A DNA stretch of 28,316 bases, from the NCBI GenBank assembly GCA_027492205.1, contig JAOZFN010000001.1, positions 1 through 28,316 of the forward strand, in the 5' to 3' direction. The notes below the pieces were generated by a model. That model saw nothing but the letters and a program-made list of their open reading frames with translations, ran no database searches and was not told the DNA's origin. Source of the DNA: Thermoproteota archaeon (lineage in GTDB: Archaea > Korarchaeota > Korarchaeia > Korarchaeales > Korarchaeaceae). The position numbers and the translations under genes are program-made. This document shows positions 26,654 to 28,316 of the stretch, one piece after another (position 1 is the first letter of the stretch; each line of letters opens with the position of its first letter).

Positions 26654-27371
26654 GTGGGCGCCAAACAGGCCGAGCTGAAGCGCAGGCTCCTGCGGCTGCT
26701 CGAGGGGGATCTGGAGTTCCGCTACGCGGTGGCCGGCTACCTGGGGATGTCGGAGGTCCTCAAGCACCTTGGGAGGATTGGGGAGGACCATAGCCGCCTC
26801 AGGGAGGACTTCAACCGCAGGTTCGAGGCCCACGAGGCGGAGCTGAGGGCCCTCGGCCGGGTGCTCAAGCTCCTCAGGGAGGACTTCAACCGCATGCAGG
26901 GGACGATCCATGGCCTCCTGGAGCGCGTGGGTCTCATGAACGGCCGGCTGGCCAGGGTGGAGAGGACCCTCGAGAAGCTTACCCTGGACATCGAGGAGGA
27001 GGGCCGCTCGATAGTGGCCCAGGGGCTGAGGTAGCTTGGCATCGAGGTCAGGCTGGGTGGCCTGCGACTGCCGGACTGGAGATAGACCTCTACGGCGTCG
27101 CGGGAGACGTGTGCGTGGTGGGGAGTGCAGCGTCAGGGCTGGCCTGGGCACTCTGAGGGACCTCAAGCGGAAGTTGGAGCGGCTCAGGGAGCTCAGGCCG
27201 GACCTCCTCAGGGGGGAGGTCATTCCGGTGATTCACACGTCGCTCGCCACTCCCGAGCTCGTGGAGGAGGCCGCCAGGGAGGGTGTGTGGGTGCTCGGGG
27301 CCACCGAAGACGTGGTCAGGCCGCCGGTGGGGAGAGGGGAGGGGCGCGACCCCCCAGGCTCATCCGGCTGA
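26654..27371 (+). pseudogene. Coiled-coil plus restriction-endonuclease-fold paralog, pseudogene
   Basis: ELKRRLLRLLEGDLEFRYAVAGYLG N-domain; in-frame TAG at 27032-27034; frameshifts near 27075 and 27122 separate LGIEVRL / LEIDLYGVAGDVCVV / GECSVRAG. TTTTAAG box at 26624. Confidence 0.85.
26797..26894 (+). repeat. 23-bp exact direct repeat (LREDFNR x2), period 75 bp
   Basis: CCTCAGGGAGGACTTCAACCGCA at 26797-26819 and 26872-26894. Confidence 0.9.
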
Positions 27372-27390
27372 GGGGGACTTGGGCCCCTGT

Positions 27391-27417
27391 GAGCGCGAGA
27401 GGGGCGCCCTCGCGCTC
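27391..27417. other. 9-bp perfect GC-rich hairpin
   Basis: GAGCGCGAG-N9-CTCGCGCTC about 20 nt after the pseudogene stop. Confidence 0.5.
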
Positions 27418-27830
27418 GGGCCGAGGGAGCCGCCCTAGCGGGCTCGCGAACGGCGGCCGCCTTCCCCCACGCCTGGTGAGGTGTGTCCGGCGACCTCCAT
27501 ATTCTCCCGAAACCACCCGGTGCCCCCAATTGGCCCGGCTTCGGGTAGGTCTCGACCCTCCGCGCGCAGCGCCTCCCTCGTCCGTACAGGCCCCTCCTCT
27601 CGATGGGGGGCTATCCGACCCCCAGCCTAGTTCTAGAGGGGCAGAGGTACGGTTTCTGAAATAGAGGAAGCGCCGAGTAGAGGAGGGTCTGAAGGGGATC
27701 GGGACCGGGTTTAAAGATCTGAAGGAGGAGGATTCACCTCCGAGGCCCCCATCCATCAGTCTCGCTCAACTCGCTGTAAACACGGATTTACGCAGAACCA
27801 GAACCGGAGACATGGCACGCGAATGGGGAG

Positions 27831-28316
27831 TCACTCCTCAAGCTTCACAACGTTCCCGTAGATCACCCTGAATCCCATCTCTTTGGCCCTCTCCAGCGCG
27901 TCGTCGTCGACGTTGACGGCCACGAGGTAGACGCGGTCCGCCTTTCTGTTGAGGATCTTCTCCACCACCGGGATCTTCTCGGCCAACCTCTCCACGTGAT
28001 CCAGCTCGACGTGAGATTTCACCTCTAGTACGCAGAGTTGGTCGTCCTCCACCAGGATATCTACGTCCACGACGGCCCCGGGCCTACCGGTGTACACGCC
28101 GCCCTCATCTCTGTACCTAAACTTCCTGACCCTGCCGGGCGAGATCCCCTCCCTCTCCAGCACCTCCCTGAAGATCTCGAGGGTCATCCTCTCTAAGTCC
28201 CAACCCCACCTCCTGCCCATGCTCCCTATCGTGACCTCCACCCTCAACTGCAGCCTGTTGAATGACTCCCTGAGCACCCTGAGCTCCTCAAGCATCTCGT
28301 TGAACTTGCGGTCGTG
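27831..28316 (-). CDS. Coiled-coil plus PD-(D/E)XK protein, paralog of 20970-21635 (5' end outside window)
   Basis: HDRKFNEMLEEL..RVEVTIGSMGRRWG..VDVDILVEDDQLCVLEVKSH..LVAVNVDDDALERA. Confidence 0.88.
   Translation of the reverse strand, partial: HDRKFNEMLEELRVLRESFNRLQLRVEVTIGSMGRRWGWDLERMTLEIFREVLEREGISPGRVRKFRYRDEGGVYTGRPGAVVDVDILVEDDQLCVLEVKSHVELDHVERLAEKIPVVEKILNRKADRVYLVAVNVDDDALERAKEMGFRVIYGNVVKLEE

Overview
GC-rich window that looks archaeal and probably thermophilic. This is inferred from AGG/ATA codon use, GGAGGTGA-type RBSs, TATA boxes about 25-30 nt before starts, and thermophile-type KaiC and DUF505 genes. The left part (1-12 kb) holds an ATP-type PEP carboxykinase (cut by the window edge and absent from the ORF track), a cupin, a DUF885 metallopeptidase, an HNH/DUF1917 fusion, a PRC-barrel protein, DUF998, a Tat-signal protein coupled to a Zn-phospholipase C-like gene, and an SDH_sah protease. 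A lower-GC segment (~12.05-17.17 kb) encodes a membrane-anchored cohesin-like protein and a 977-aa secreted multidomain protein with a dockerin-like tail. This pair is the best candidate for an undescribed system, a surface-display module. It is followed by a damaged KaiC/near-KaiC operon divergent from DUF505. The right part is accessory: three coiled-coil PD-(D/E)XK paralogs (one a pseudogene), a wHTH regulator, a MntA/HepT toxin-antitoxin pair, orphan helical proteins and a PK_C-like pseudogene. I saw no tRNA, rRNA, CRISPR array, integrase or transposase. All family calls come from motif recognition by eye; no searches were run.
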